A program made the translations under genes and the position numbers. From positions 65,348,001 through 65,412,000 of the forward strand of contig OX597816.1 of assembly GCA_951406725.2 (NCBI GenBank): 64,000 bases of DNA, in the 5' to 3' direction. The notes below the pieces were generated by a model that saw only the letters and a list, made by a program, of their open reading frames with translations, was not told the origin of the DNA and searched no databases. This document shows positions 27,575 through 40,820 of this stretch, piece after piece (the first letter of the stretch is position 1; each line of letters begins with the position of its first letter). The stretch comes from Octopus vulgaris. Taxonomy: Eukaryota.

Positions 27575-27689
27575 TGAAAGATAAAAGCTTGTGAGGATGT
27601 ATCTGTAAGATCTGCACCATGAGAGATCTCATTTTATGATCCTAAGTCATTTTTGAAATTATTAGAACAGCTGTTTGGTCTTATATACT

Positions 27690-27937
27690 CTTTACTCTCT
27701 TTTACTGTTTCACTTGTTTCAGTAATTTGACTGTGGCCATGCTGGAGCACCACCTTTAGTCGAGCAAACACCCCAGGACTTATTCTTTGTAAGCTTAGTA
27801 CTTATTCTATCGGTCTCTTTTGCCGAACCGCTAAGTTATGGGGACGTAAACACACCAGCATCGGTTGTCAAGCGATGTTGGGCGGGCAAACACAGATACA
27901 CAAGCATATAGACACAGACATACGCACATACACACAA

Positions 27938-28007
<70 letters not shown>

Positions 28008-28154
28008 TTATATACGACGGGCTTTTTTCAGTTTCCGTCTACCAAATCCACTCACAAGGCTTTGGTCCGCCCGAGGCTATAGTAGAAGACACTTGCCCAA
28101 ACCCGGAACCATATGGTTGGTAAGCAAGCTACTTACCACATACCCACTCCTACG

Positions 28155-28158
<4 letters not shown>
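27690..28158 (-). mobile_element. SINE-B with expanded internal (TA)n
   Basis: Near full-length match to family. Confidence 0.88.
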
Positions 28159-28208
<50 letters not shown>

Positions 28209-28334
28209 AATATAATAATATCAGAATTTGGCACAAGGCCAACAAGTTCGGTTTAGGGGGCTAATTGGTTACATCAAGCCCAGTGCTGAACTAGTACTTA
28301 TTTTATCACTTAGATACGTATATATTTCACATAT

Positions 28335-28884
28335 AAATTATCGAAGTTTGGGCCTGATCGCGCCATATTTTTCTTTCTGGTTTTACAGTGTAAGCATGGC
28401 AGGTCCACTAGCAATGTACGCCAAAGAAGAACAAAGAGCAGTGATCCGATTTCTCTGGAAAAGGGGTGGACGATCAACAGTGCAAGATACAGTGCTTTCC
28501 TGGCCAACAAACGCCGAACCCTAATGACAATGCACGACCGCACATGCTCACCCAGAGCGTTGAAACCATTTACCAATTGGGTTCTGAGGTGCTGGAACAG
28601 CTTGCCTACAGCCCTGATCTCGCCCCTTCCGACGATCATATCTTTGGACTGCTCGTCGATTTCCTACGGTTGAAGATGTGAAGGAAGCGGTGCACAAATA
28701 GTTGCACGGCCAAACGAAAATCTTTCTTCTTAGAGGGAATACGCAAGCTGTGGACTGCTGGACCAAGTGCATCGAAAAAGAAGGAGACTATAGAAAAATT
28801 ACATACTTGTTTATCGTTTATCCCCTGCTTTTGTGTAACTACATTGAAAAAACAAGAGTGCATATAATTATTGACTCTCCCTCG
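28335..28884 (+). mobile_element. Internally deleted mariner (DD34D)
   Basis: EEQRAVIRFLW N-terminus; DNARPH; YSPDLAPSDDHIFG; right end TTGACTCTCCCTCG|TA. Confidence 0.82.
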
Positions 28885-28991
28885 TACGTAAATGCAAATA
28901 CGTATACCTATTTAATATACAAATTTAAATATACATCCATTCACTTATAGAGAGATATGGATACATATGTGCACATTTACTACACATACCA

Positions 28992-29042
<51 letters not shown>

Positions 29043-29089
29043 CACATACGCATGGGCATACACATACGTACAAATACATATATGTGCAT

Positions 29090-30922
29090 ATAGATAAAAT
29101 AACAAATATGTATACTAGCTTCTATAGAAGTATAGGGATATGAACGTATAACCGGTCCATAATGCCAACTAAATTATAAAAGTAAATTTAATGAATCATG
29201 TATTATAATAAAACAGAAATAATATCTAAAATAGAGGCAAACGGAAGTACATAGAGGTTTCGATGTGTAGAATTACAGAATCACGCGGTCATTAGGGAGA
29301 AGCAACCTCAATGATATGTAGAAATTGTTCAGGCATTAAATATGGGTATAATAGACTGGAATGTTATGCATCATTGGATAAAAAGTATTTTCTGAAATAG
29401 CAGTAGATCTGAATATGGCCTAATACAATATCTATTACCAGGCTGATACCAAATTATGGTTAACCAGCGTAGAGAATTATTTATTTGTATTGATCTAAGT
29501 TATAATGTTCGTTAGTGTAGACTTAATAATTAAGTGTAAGGTTAGGTATAGTTAGCGCATAGGAGCGATTTTTATTTAAAGTGCTATCATCAATGGGTAA
29601 AAAGTACTTTTACAAATAGTAAATTATCTGAATATTTTATATGTTATCTATCACTAATGTGCGAACACACTATGGTTAACAAGGTAGGGACTTATTCAAT
29701 AATATTTTTCTAGGTAGGAGAATATTTGATTAAGGTCAAATACATTATTTAATACGAAGGTTAGACCAAATTATGGTTCACCGAAGTAGGGAATTATTCA
29801 GTTGTATTGATATAGGTTACAAAGTTTATTAGTGTAAATGTAATAGTTAAGTGTAAGTTTAGTTGTAGCTAAAATACACGAGAGATTAATATAAAAGTGC
29901 TGGCATTAATAGGTAATAACTATTTTTACAAATTGCTGAATATCAGAATATAGTATAACACATTTATTACTAAGGTGAGACCAAATTATGGTTAATAAAG
30001 GTACTGAATTATTCAATTGCATTGATTTAGGTCGTAAGGTGTATTAGTGTAGATTTAATAAATAAATGTAAGGTTAGGTATAAAAAAAACCTTTATTATG
30101 ATCATAAAAATCGATACAAAGAAAGGACACTACAGAACAAAACACAATTACAAAAAAGTTATGTAGTTCGTATGATATTTAAAAATTTAGAATAATAAAT
30201 ATAATAGTAGACTTTAAATTTATCCTTTTTTTTTAAATTAGCCGGGTAAGTATAGAACAGTACAGAGTTTTATCTGGCAGCCTGAAAGCCCAGCAACTAT
30301 TTTCTCCTTTCATTAGGAATGGTTTGTATTTAAAGTACCAGAATCTTACAATCAATTCATCTGCTGGTTAATAATATTCGATTTAATTTCATTAATATGG
30401 AACGCCTCAGATACAAAGTCCACACAAGCAATCGCTACCTTCATATGGTTGTATATTACATCCAAGAGAACAAACCATTTTAAATTCAATGCCAATATCA
30501 GTGAGAGAATGTACAAATTTAGCTAGAGATGTACTATTAACCTTTTCTTTATGCCTAAATGTAGATTTGAACAGAGCATGAACTTTCATGTGGGGCCTAG
30601 TAAGAAATTTCTTTAGTTCAAATGGTCCTTGAATAAGGCTTCTTTAAGGATGTTGAATAAAACAGTCATGTTTCCTAGAAAGGAAGGCAGAAGAGGGTTA
30701 AAATCAGTAGAGGGCAGCGCGGAGTTAGCTAGAGTAGATAGAGTTTTCGATGTAGGTAATAGTGAAGAAAGTTTATTAAGAGCTGCGAGAATCACAACAG
30801 GATATACGGAAACCAAAAAGCCAAATAAAATTAAAATCCAGAAAAAAGAAGAAATATTATCTACTTGCTCAAGTTTAAATCTCTTGAGCTCTACGAAGTG
30901 TATTCTATACTGAGAATACATG

Positions 30923-30925
<3 letters not shown>
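29090..30925 (-). mobile_element. Decayed Penelope-like element (endonuclease C-terminus + repetitive 3' region)
   Basis: STSLAKFVHSL..CNIQPYEGSDCLCGLCI resembles the C-terminus of PLE GIY-YIG endonucleases; bounded by (TA)n tracts. Confidence 0.55.
29330..30085. repeat. Degenerate ~215-bp tandem repeat (about 3.5 units)
   Basis: CCAAATTATGGTT-like motif at about 29449, 29668, 29766 and 29981; AAGTGTAAGGTTAGGTATA recurs. Confidence 0.75.
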
Positions 30926-30974
<49 letters not shown>

Positions 30975-30976
<2 letters not shown>

Positions 30977-31341
30977 CACATATAAATGTGTAATGGTGTC
31001 TGTCTGCGTGTTTGGGGTTACTCTAACTCTTGCCACACCGTCCAACCGATTTTTAAAATTTTTGGCACGTAGGTAGATCACATGCCCTGAAGTTCAATTA
31101 AGGCCGGAATTTTTCGAAAATTTGATAGTGCTCAGTTGGAATCGATTTTGTGAGCCCAATCGGGCGTTTGAACGAAAATTCCCATAACGATGTTATTTCC
31201 TGCAGCTTTTGCATTTTTTAACGTGTAAAATTTCAACAAATCGATAGAATAGTCTCTAAGGAAATGCTTGTTCAATACAAGCTCAGAGGTGGGCTTAACT
31301 TCAACACGGAAAACACGATCAACGCCGGGTTCAACAGCTGG
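30975..31341 (+). mobile_element. Diverged Helitron-like element
   Basis: GTCTGTCTG near the 5' end; CAACCGATTT motif shared with the 26777 element; 3' CAACGCCGGG..CTGG|T. Confidence 0.6.
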
Positions 31342-31518
31342 TTTACTCCTATATATATTTGCTCACTGTAATAGAGTGATCGACAATGATCTTTTGTGGT
31401 TAAGCATCCTATTACACTTGGAACATCCGATGCAGCGTTCCAAACAACCACAATGGTGAAATGAGCATAAAAATAAATGTTACAAACTTGTATTTGCTGT
31501 AATTTCTCTCACATACAC

Positions 31519-31627
<109 letters not shown>

Positions 31628-31928
31628 TACACATATATACACATATATGTATATATATATATATATATATGATAGACACATACATACTAATATATATGTA
31701 TATAGTGATAGATACTGTTATATCCCTCTTCTTCTCTCTCCCCCTCTCTCTCTCCCTCTCTCTCTCTTTCTCTTTCTATCAAACCTTTTTATAATCATCA
31801 TGATCAGTGTTTCTTTTCATATATCATAGTATTTTCTGTTTTTCCCTGTTTTCTATTAATCGCATTGATGCATCGCTCGCAAGAACGATGCAGCTGTTAT
31901 TTGTATTTATATCCACACAAGTAAATTA

Positions 31929-32494
31929 TTGGGTTGTCCGGAAAGTTCGTGCCGATTTATAATAGCTTACCTTTTGACTAATTTTAGAACATGGTTGAGT
32001 CCATAAAATAGAATTTGACTACACCTCCATTTAGAGCACAGTTTAAGCTATCTTTTCGTGGAAGAAGGTTTTATGTTCCTATAACCTGTGTTAATTCTGT
32101 AACCCTTTAAAATGGAAGATAAGAAAGTTCATTTTCGGTACTTGATGCTTTGGGAACCAGACAAAAATTGCTGCAGCTCGACTGGGGTGTGTTACTCCAC
32201 CCTCCATATTCACCAGTTATTGCTCCTTCAGATTTCCACTCATTCAGGTCTCTGCAGAATAGTCTTAATGGTAAAAATTTCAATTCCTTGGATGACGTAA
32301 AAAGATACCTTGATGAATTCTTTGCCATGAAACCACCTCAATTCTGGGAAGAGGGTATTTTCAAGTTAAAGGAAAGATGGAGACGCATTGTGCAACAAAA
32401 TGGTTCATATTCGGTTGATTAAAAAGGTAATGGCAATATTTATTGCCCTTTTACTTTCCTTTAAAAATCGGCACGAACTTTCCGGACAATCCAA
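31929..32494 (+). mobile_element. Internally deleted mariner with ~30-bp TIRs and TA TSD
   Basis: TTGGGTTGTCCGGAAAGTTCGTGCCGATTT / AAATCGGCACGAACTTTCCGGACAATCCAA; MEDKKVHFRYLML fused to HPPYSPVIAPSDFHSFRSLQN. Confidence 0.95.
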
Positions 32495-32724
32495 TATATA
32501 GTCATCAATGTTTCTTTTTAGTATTTTATCTGACTGTATCTATTGTGCTTTTATCTATTGTCCTGACTATTCTCTGTCATCTTTTAAACCATGTTTCTCG
32601 CAAATATTTCTCTAACTTTAACTTATATTTACTCAAAATTATTCTCATCTTACTCTAGGACTATATGAAGATTTATATTTCACTTGATTTTATTTAGCAT
32701 AGATATTGTAGTGCTGTAGTACTG

Positions 32725-32770
<46 letters not shown>

Positions 32771-33337
32771 GCGTGCGTATATGCTTGTGTATATTGTACT
32801 CTTGTAGAAACTATATTATTGTGATATGTGTATATTTGTACGTGTTGTAGTAATTCATATATATTTTATACTTTACTTCCTTAGTGGATCCAGCAATGCA
32901 ATTTGGTTCCCGGAGCGGAAACACATATCATTCTCTGGTCTCTAGTTGTCCGATATTATAGCTTCAGGTAGTCTTATTTCAAGCGTATCCATCCGCAGTA
33001 TGGATGGATTTTATGCTTAACCAACGAATGCTGTTTTATAAATGAATCGCATATGTTATATTGGTCATGAATCATAAAAACGGATTTTCTTCGAAGCAGG
33101 ATGAGGGGGTTTATTTTGATGTAATATAAATCATTTGGGAGTATACTTTGGTGTTTTAGGCATGTAAAATATGCAACAGATATCAGTATATTCAACTGGT
33201 TCATTTTCATAGTCATGTGGTTTGCACTCCCACGCAGAATATTTCAAGCAGGTGAAGAAATTTCTGACTATTGTTTAAATAAAATTTACAATTCAAAAAG
33301 ATAGATACATGAATTCAAAAAATCTATCTACGCTATA

Positions 33338-33850
33338 CAGGGTGTCCCAAAAGTCGCTGATGGGTTTCAATTTTTAATAACTTCCTTAACTTTACAAATA
33401 AATGCATGAAATTTTGATACAATATAAAGGACATTATGGAAATTAATATGCACAAGTCAAATTTTGCAACACCACTACATCACATATGGAAAATGACATC
33501 GCTTAAATGGTAACCATTTTGACTTTGTACGCCCATGGAGTTTGGAAACTCTTTCCAAAAGAGTTTCAGACCCACTTTTCTGATTTCTCTACGGACGTTC
33601 TCCTTCAGTTGCACCAGGGTCTTCGGTTTGTTCACGTAAACCCTCTTTCACCTGTCCTCACAAGAAAAAATGGGGGGTAGTCAAATCTGGGGAACGTGAA
33701 GGCCAGTTTTCCATTACCGTAGCGGGAGATTATTCTCTCTCCAAAGCACTGCCATAGCAACTGCATTCTCTGGCGGTATTAGCAGTTGCCCCATCATGCT
33801 GGAACCATGTGTGAGGTCTACTTTGAATGGCTATCACGTTCCCTAGACTT
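33338..33850 (-). mobile_element. Tc1/mariner-superfamily remnant (rosa/DD41D-like)
   Basis: TA|CAGGGTGTCCC terminus; minus strand WFQHDGATANTA..NWPSRSPDLT..VYVNKPKTLVQLKENVRREI. Confidence 0.75.
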
Positions 33851-34809
33851 GACTAACTCGGATGTAGATAAGAATTTGGTTTTCACGTCAACCGGATAGC
33901 TAAAAGAAGTAAAAAGTGAAAAGATGTTCTGTTAGCTTTTATTGATACGTCATAATCCTCTTGTTGATTATGACGTATTTAATTCAGAGAGCGGACCTTT
34001 TGGTAAAATCGTTATAGCATCGGCTAGGATATTTTATTGTTTTCGTTCCGATTCTTTGCTCTCTGAGTTCAATTCCTGTCAAATTAATTTTCCTTCATCA
34101 TTTCGGAGTCGATAAATAAAGTACGAGTCCAGAACTGGGGTATGTCTTTATTTCATCGCTAACTTTCTATCTGGATTCTGACTGCCACTGGTGCAGCTTT
34201 GTTGCATTGAGTCACTGAACAAGTGGAAAGTACTGATATCTGCCTAAGGAGAGGAAATAAGTGGTGCTCTAGTACGTTTCATTTCTTAAGTTTTTTAGAC
34301 GCCATGGTATTGTTTAAAGAAGATTTGGGACACTTAATCAATCTTGGTCGGAGACCTACCGGTTTACATCCTTCACCTAGAAAAGGAAATACTATTTGTG
34401 ATCTTCTACCTATATTTGACATCAATATTCAGTGAAGATTCTGCTGACCAAAACCTATATTCGTGATTTCCAGTCCGGTTAATCTCATATGGAACTTTAA
34501 CATAGACTCCTCGTTGTAACCTTGACTTGAGCAAATATTTGACCACTTGAGTTGCACCACGTGTTTAAACTACTCGAACTGCATTTTCTTAAAATATCCA
34601 CTGAAACTAACGACAGAAATCGCAACGAGATCGGTATCAAGGATGTCTATTGTAACTCATCTAGACGGAGAGAGCAGTTTGAAATAGCACTCGGGCTAAT
34701 AAAATTTGTTTGTAAACAAGATATTAATTGTAACTACATGACGAACTTTTTTGTAAGAACCTGGAAACATTAAAACGCATTCAAGAAATTTCTATCCTAC
34801 TCCCCCTAC

Positions 34810-34841
<32 letters not shown>

Positions 34842-35468
34842 TCCTTTTGTACTCTTAAACAACGATACAGGATTAAACTATAAACTATTTTCTCTCAATA
34901 AGAAATGTCTAACTTCGTACAATCATTAATTTTGTGTAATTTATATATCTCAAGTTATGAAGTGCGTATGATTGCAAGGAAGGATGAAATAGCGCTATTC
35001 ATGGCTACAAAACGAGTAAACAAACTTAATGTGTATACATTGTCCGCCTTTGCTCTTTCATACAAATTCCAAACATTCAAATTGCTTGAACGTGACTTAG
35101 TCTGGAAGAGATTGTCTCCCTTATAATAGCTAACACCCGCGATACAAAACGGTGTTTTTCTAACATTTTTTCTTTGGTTATTATTCAATTCGTATTTGTT
35201 TACCTTTTGATTTTAATACCAGATCGATTGATTCTGCAACACCACAAATTTCAAATTTCGTTCGCTCGTTTGGTCGGTGAGGTGGATATAACGGGGTCTG
35301 ATATTGTCAACTTCAAAGCTGTGGTATTTTGTGTATTTACACGTGAGTACGTATATATCATACTACTTATATTTATTTATAAGTACTATCCATAAAAATG
35401 TATATTTTTGCATACAAACACAAACACACACACACACACTCACACACACACACACATACACACACATT

Positions 35469-35561
<93 letters not shown>

Positions 35562-35566
<5 letters not shown>

Positions 35567-35829
35567 GTATATAATTTAGAGAAAAACCTCTATTAAACAA
35601 TTCAATAATGAAAGATGTTATTCACACCATATAAAAAACATACTATAAAAACGTTATTCTATAAATCAATAAAGTACAAAAACAATAAATAGTAAATAGC
35701 AGTAAAAAGGCTACGCGCCTTTCGTGGCTATATTTTCAAATAGATAATAATAATAAAATCACTTCGATTTAAAGTTAAATCTATCTAAAATTTATTCTAT
35801 TAAAAAATATAACCACTCATCAGGACTAA
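35562..35829 (-). mobile_element. PLE pLTR-like fragment with long-stem-II hammerhead motif
   Basis: agtc-CTGATGA-gtggttatatttt..aaaatatagccac-GAAA-ggcgcg-TA-gcct (35708-35827); tail runs into (TA)n. Confidence 0.6.
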
Positions 35830-35905
<76 letters not shown>

Positions 35906-35911
<6 letters not shown>

Positions 35912-36032
35912 GAACGAACTACTGAGTTTGGTTTAATGGCCTACCAATAAACACTATGAGTTTCTTTGCCCTAGGAGTCGGGAAGACATTCGGCAAGAAA
36001 TGGAAGAAAATTTGAAAGAAGAAAAAAAAAAG
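35906..36032 (+). mobile_element. Short 3'-end copy of the R4/Dong-like LINE
   Basis: Near-identical to about 36880-37010; (TAA)n on both sides. Confidence 0.9.
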
Positions 36033-36052
36033 TAATAATAATAATAATAATA

Positions 36053-37010
36053 GCGCTATTCAATTGGCTGATAGGTGGGAGGAGAAACCTCTGCACGGCA
36101 AATATGTGACCCGCAGCAAACAAGCTAATGTTGACCAGAAGCAAACCCATCAGTGGCTACGGAGCTCAGGGCTAAAAGCAGAGAGCGAAGGTTTCATCCT
36201 GGCTGCTCAAGATCAAAGCCTATTAACCTGGAACTACCAGGCCAATGTGATGAAAAATGGAGCAGACCCAAAATGCCGATTCTGCAACGACATGATTGAA
36301 ACAGTGGACCACCTAATCTCTGGATGTAAAGTCTTAGCACCAGTGGAGTATAAATTAAGACATGACAGAGTTGGCCAATATCTCCACTGGCTAATAAGTC
36401 GGCATTACAATATCAAAACTGCCGACAAGTGGTATAATCACCACCCTGAGGCTGTAACTGAAGGAGAAAATGTAACCATTCTGTGGGACTTTCCAGTACA
36501 TACAGACCGAACCATCAAGGCCAATAAACCAGATATTGTTGTGAAAGACCAAAACAATAAAGTTTGCTTATTGATCGACATGAGCATCCACTGTGATCAT
36601 AATATCTCAGCGAAAGAGTTTGACAAGCTCAGAAAATATAAAGACCTACTCATTGAAATTGAGAAAATGTGGCATCTCAAGGCGGTTACAATACCAGTGA
36701 TCGTAGGAGCACTAGGAATGATCAAGAAGGGAACCGAAAATTATATGAGAATGATCCCTGGCTTACCATCCCTGCAAGAAGTGCAAAAGATTGTCTTAAC
36801 TGGTACATCACACGTATTGAGAAGAGCATTGTCGATGTGAGAACTGTTGCTGCTCAGGTATTTTAATTTAACTTAAAAAAAAAAAAAATGAACGAACTAC
36901 TGAGTTTGGTTTAATGGCCTACCAATGTATACTATGACTTTCTTTGCCCTAGGAGTCGGGAAGACACTCGGCAAGAAATGGAAGCAAATTTGAAAGAAGA
37001 AAAAAAAAGT
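36053..37010 (+). mobile_element. 5'-truncated R4/Dong-clade non-LTR retrotransposon
   Basis: Open ORF with restriction-like endonuclease (RLE) domain, 3' UTR, embedded in (TAA)n. Confidence 0.9.
36064..36840 (+). CDS. C-terminal part of retrotransposon ORF: CCHC zinc knuckle + restriction-like endonuclease (no RT, non-ATG start)
   Basis: KPLHGKY; AAQDQ; CRFC..ETVDHLISGC; RHD; KPDIVV..LIDMS..KLRKYKDL; PVIVGALG. Confidence 0.88.
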   Translation: MADRWEEKPLHGKYVTRSKQANVDQKQTHQWLRSSGLKAESEGFILAAQDQSLLTWNYQANVMKNGADPKCRFCNDMIETVDHLISGCKVLAPVEYKLRHDRVGQYLHWLISRHYNIKTADKWYNHHPEAVTEGENVTILWDFPVHTDRTIKANKPDIVVKDQNNKVCLLIDMSIHCDHNISAKEFDKLRKYKDLLIEIEKMWHLKAVTIPVIVGALGMIKKGTENYMRMIPGLPSLQEVQKIVLTGTSHVLRRALSM

Positions 37011-37046
37011 AATAATAACAATAATAATAATAACAATAACAATAAC

Positions 37047-37104
<58 letters not shown>

Positions 37105-37530
37105 GTAATAATAAATAATAATAGAATAAATGTACTTATCTTAACTTATACTAATTTGGTGCCAGTGCGTGTAGATATTATGTATGTTAATTGAATTTTT
37201 CCTTGTAAGTATGGAATTATATTCATTACTACTATATATGTGTGTATATATATATATATAAATGTGTGTGTGTGTATGTCTGTATGTATATATGTCTGTA
37301 TGTGTACGTATTGTTCCTCATGTAACTCCGAGGTTTTGTTCACACACATATACACAGATACAAACACATACGCATACATACATATACATGCATACATGGA
37401 TATACACACATTCATATATGTATTTTTATGTATATACATGTGCCTAAGCATGTGTATGTGGAGCGAGTCTCTCTGCGTTAGTTTCTTTTGCATAAAAATT
37501 ATTGCATTTACTTTACGGCATATGTAAGTA

Positions 37531-37568
<38 letters not shown>

Positions 37569-37572
<4 letters not shown>

Positions 37573-37773
37573 ATCCAAACATGAAAACACAAAGAAAAAA
37601 CACAACAACGCGAGGACGTGGAACAAGTATAGTGTTATTGGACGCTCAGGAAAGGAAAGAAAGAAGGAGAAGTTAACGTTTCGAGCGGAGCCCTTCGTCA
37701 GAAACTTAGGAAAAGGAAAGATCCAAGGAAGGGAAGACGGAGGAAACAAATTGCCAACGGTACACACGCCGTG

Positions 37774-37776
<3 letters not shown>
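37569..37776 (-). mobile_element. Family D element with intact hammerhead core
   Basis: Minus strand gttt-CTGACGA-a-gggc-tcc-gctc-GAAA-cg-TT-aac (37671-37706). Confidence 0.8.
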
Positions 37777-37812
<36 letters not shown>

Positions 37813-38211
37813 TATATATATATATTCATACATACATACACGTAGAAAACATGATTTTGTGCCAGTGCGTGTAGATATTTATATATGATATGTGCGTATA
37901 TGTAAATATATGTGTGTGTTTATTATGCAGTTATGTGTTTATGAAGGTATGTATGTGTGTGTGTGTAAATGTATGTATATATGTGTGAATGTGAGAGTGG
38001 GAGAAAGATACAGAATGAAATAGGGGGAAAGAGTAACAGTGTAAGAGAAAGTGGCAAAATGACAAAATCTGTGGACGTGTCTGAATAGAAACATTTGTGT
38101 GTGTGAGTGTGTGTGTGCGCACGCGTGCGTGCGTGACTAGTGTGTGTGTATATGCATATTAACATGCGTGTATGTATATATGTGTGTGTGTGTGGTGCGT
38201 TTGTGCGTACA

Positions 38212-38248
<37 letters not shown>

Positions 38249-38805
38249 GAATGTATGTATGAAACCATATTTGTGTAAACAAAAGTGCAGTCTTCCTTAA
38301 ATATCACTAAATTTGAAAGAAATAAACACCGTTTTATCAGCACAACTTTCTATGCGTTGACTTGTCGTTAGCCTACATAAACTTACACTTATTTCGTATA
38401 AATGACCTTTTATTCTATAAGAAATACAATAAAAACAACAATGGCTAAAGAAATATTTACTGCAATGCACATAACAATGTGTGTGATAAGCAATTTTCTT
38501 ATACAATTTGTAGGAACATGAAACCATTTACTACCCATTCTTGGTTATGTTCATCTACATCGTAACTTTAATGCAGGCATAGAGACCAGGTTAACCTTTT
38601 GTACGATGCAATTTTAGGATCTGAAAAATGCTAACTATAGACATTCAAAAAGATCAGTTGAAATGTCTGTGTGACAATTATATATATATATGAAATTTTA
38701 GATAAGTTTTCGCCGAAGTATTTTGAAATGTCAGAATGAGTACAGATGTTGGATAGAATAATATACACACATGCACACATATACCTATATATATATGTAT
38801 GTATG

Positions 38806-38881
<76 letters not shown>

Positions 38882-38936
38882 CATATATATTTCCATACAT
38901 ATGTATACAGTTAGACATTTGAATATGCACACTCGC

Positions 38937-38976
<40 letters not shown>

Positions 38977-39101
38977 CACACACACAGGCGAGCATATATA
39001 TGTATATATATATGTGTGTGTGTACACACACACATGTATATATGTATATATATATATACATATATATGCTCGCGTGTGTGTGTGTGTTTTGTGTGTGTGT
39101 G

Positions 39102-39167
<66 letters not shown>

Positions 39168-39929
39168 ATGCATATTTATACATATACACGCGCGCATGCA
39201 CGCACTCATATTTCTTACAAAGAAGGATCCACTCCGATGCCACATATCTTTTTCTTGCTTACGCGACATTCTTATTGCGTCTTAAAGAATGATCACACGC
39301 CATGATTGGTGACGGAGTGAATAATAACTTCAAAAGACTCTATGAAGACAAATGCGCATATACATGTGTAGTTATGAATACACTTCGAAACTACGTATTC
39401 TCGGATTCAGTCCCACTGTACGGTAACTTTAGCAAGTGTCTCCTACTACAATCCCAGACGGTACAAAGTCTTGTCAGTGTATTTGGTAGATTGAAACTGA
39501 AAGACGTCTATTGTATAAACGTGTGTGTCTGTATGTGTGTGTGTGTGTGTCTGTGTGTGTGTCTGTGTCTGTGTCTGTGAGTGTGCGTGCGTATGTCGGC
39601 TTACATAAATGTCTCTGTGTGTTAAAATTTGCAATCAACGAAAGTCTCTAACTATTAGTGCTGTTCTTGTAACCATTTTTCTTCTCAGCAAATTGATATC
39701 TCACCCATACCTTCGAAAATGTGTGAAATAAGAAACCTCTTAACTGAAAACAGGTAAGGGTGATCGATGGGAAGAGCCTCCGTCTTTTACATTATACCTT
39801 CGATAATACAATCAACCAACCTTTACTAAATGGAAAACGGACGTAAAAAGAACGAGCTAACGAATCTGTATATATAAATATCATATATATATACATATAT
39901 ATATATATATATTTCTTTCTTTTCTTTTT

Positions 39930-40301
39930 TCATTTTCTTTTACTTGTTCCAGTCATTTGACTGCGGCCATGCTGGAGCACCGCCTTTAGTCGAGCAACTC
40001 GACCCCGGGACTTATTCTTTGTAAGCCCAGTACTTATTCTGTCGGTCTCTTTTTGCCGAACCGCTAAGTGACGGGGACGTAAACACACCAGCATTGGTTG
40101 TCAAGCAATGCTAGGGGGACAAACACAGACACACAAACACGCACACACATATATACATATATACGACGGGCTTCTTTCAGTTTCCATCTACCAAATCCAC
40201 TCACAAGGCATTGGTCGGCCCGGGGCTATAGCAGAAGACACTTGTCCAAGGTGCCACGCAGTGGGACTGAACCCGGAACCATGTGGTTGGTTAGCAAGCT
40301 A

Positions 40302-40303
<2 letters not shown>
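39930..40303 (-). mobile_element. SINE-B
   Basis: Family match; 5' end cut by (TA)n. Confidence 0.88.
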
Positions 40304-40369
<66 letters not shown>

Positions 40370-40370
<1 letters not shown>

Positions 40371-40475
40371 CGGGGATGTACTTGCATAGCAAGTGACCTG
40401 ATCTGAGATCGTGTGCTGGAACGAAAACAATTGCAGCGTGAAAAGTGTTTATAAGCCATTTAAGAAACACACAAA
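40370..40475 (-). mobile_element. Family F fragment (tail only)
   Basis: Shares TAAGCCATTTAAGAAACACACAAA with 56889; abuts (TA)n. Confidence 0.55.
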
Positions 40476-40777
40476 GATTAATAATTTAAAGATGAACAAC
40501 GATCCTTTGCAAGCTATGACTCTAACAAACTCCATATAGTTCTTAGAAGTGTAGTATATTCTTAGCTACATTAGTAGCAACATGGACTCTTTCCCTCTTC
40601 TTACTCTATTAGAGAATTTGAGTAAACTTATATTAATGTGTCCAACTGATTAAAATTCAATTTATTTAAGCAGCTGAGGATAGCCCTGCAGTTAAATTGA
40701 TGTAATGGTTGCATTGTTCAATTAAATTGAGCCGGTTGAAACGGTCGTATTGCAACACCTCTTGATATCCTGTTGCT

Positions 40778-40820
<43 letters not shown>

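Noticed and set aside
29245-29300. CTAATGA..GAAA hammerhead-like motif (-)
   Set aside because: Position fits a PLE end, but stems I-III do not pair convincingly; not counted.
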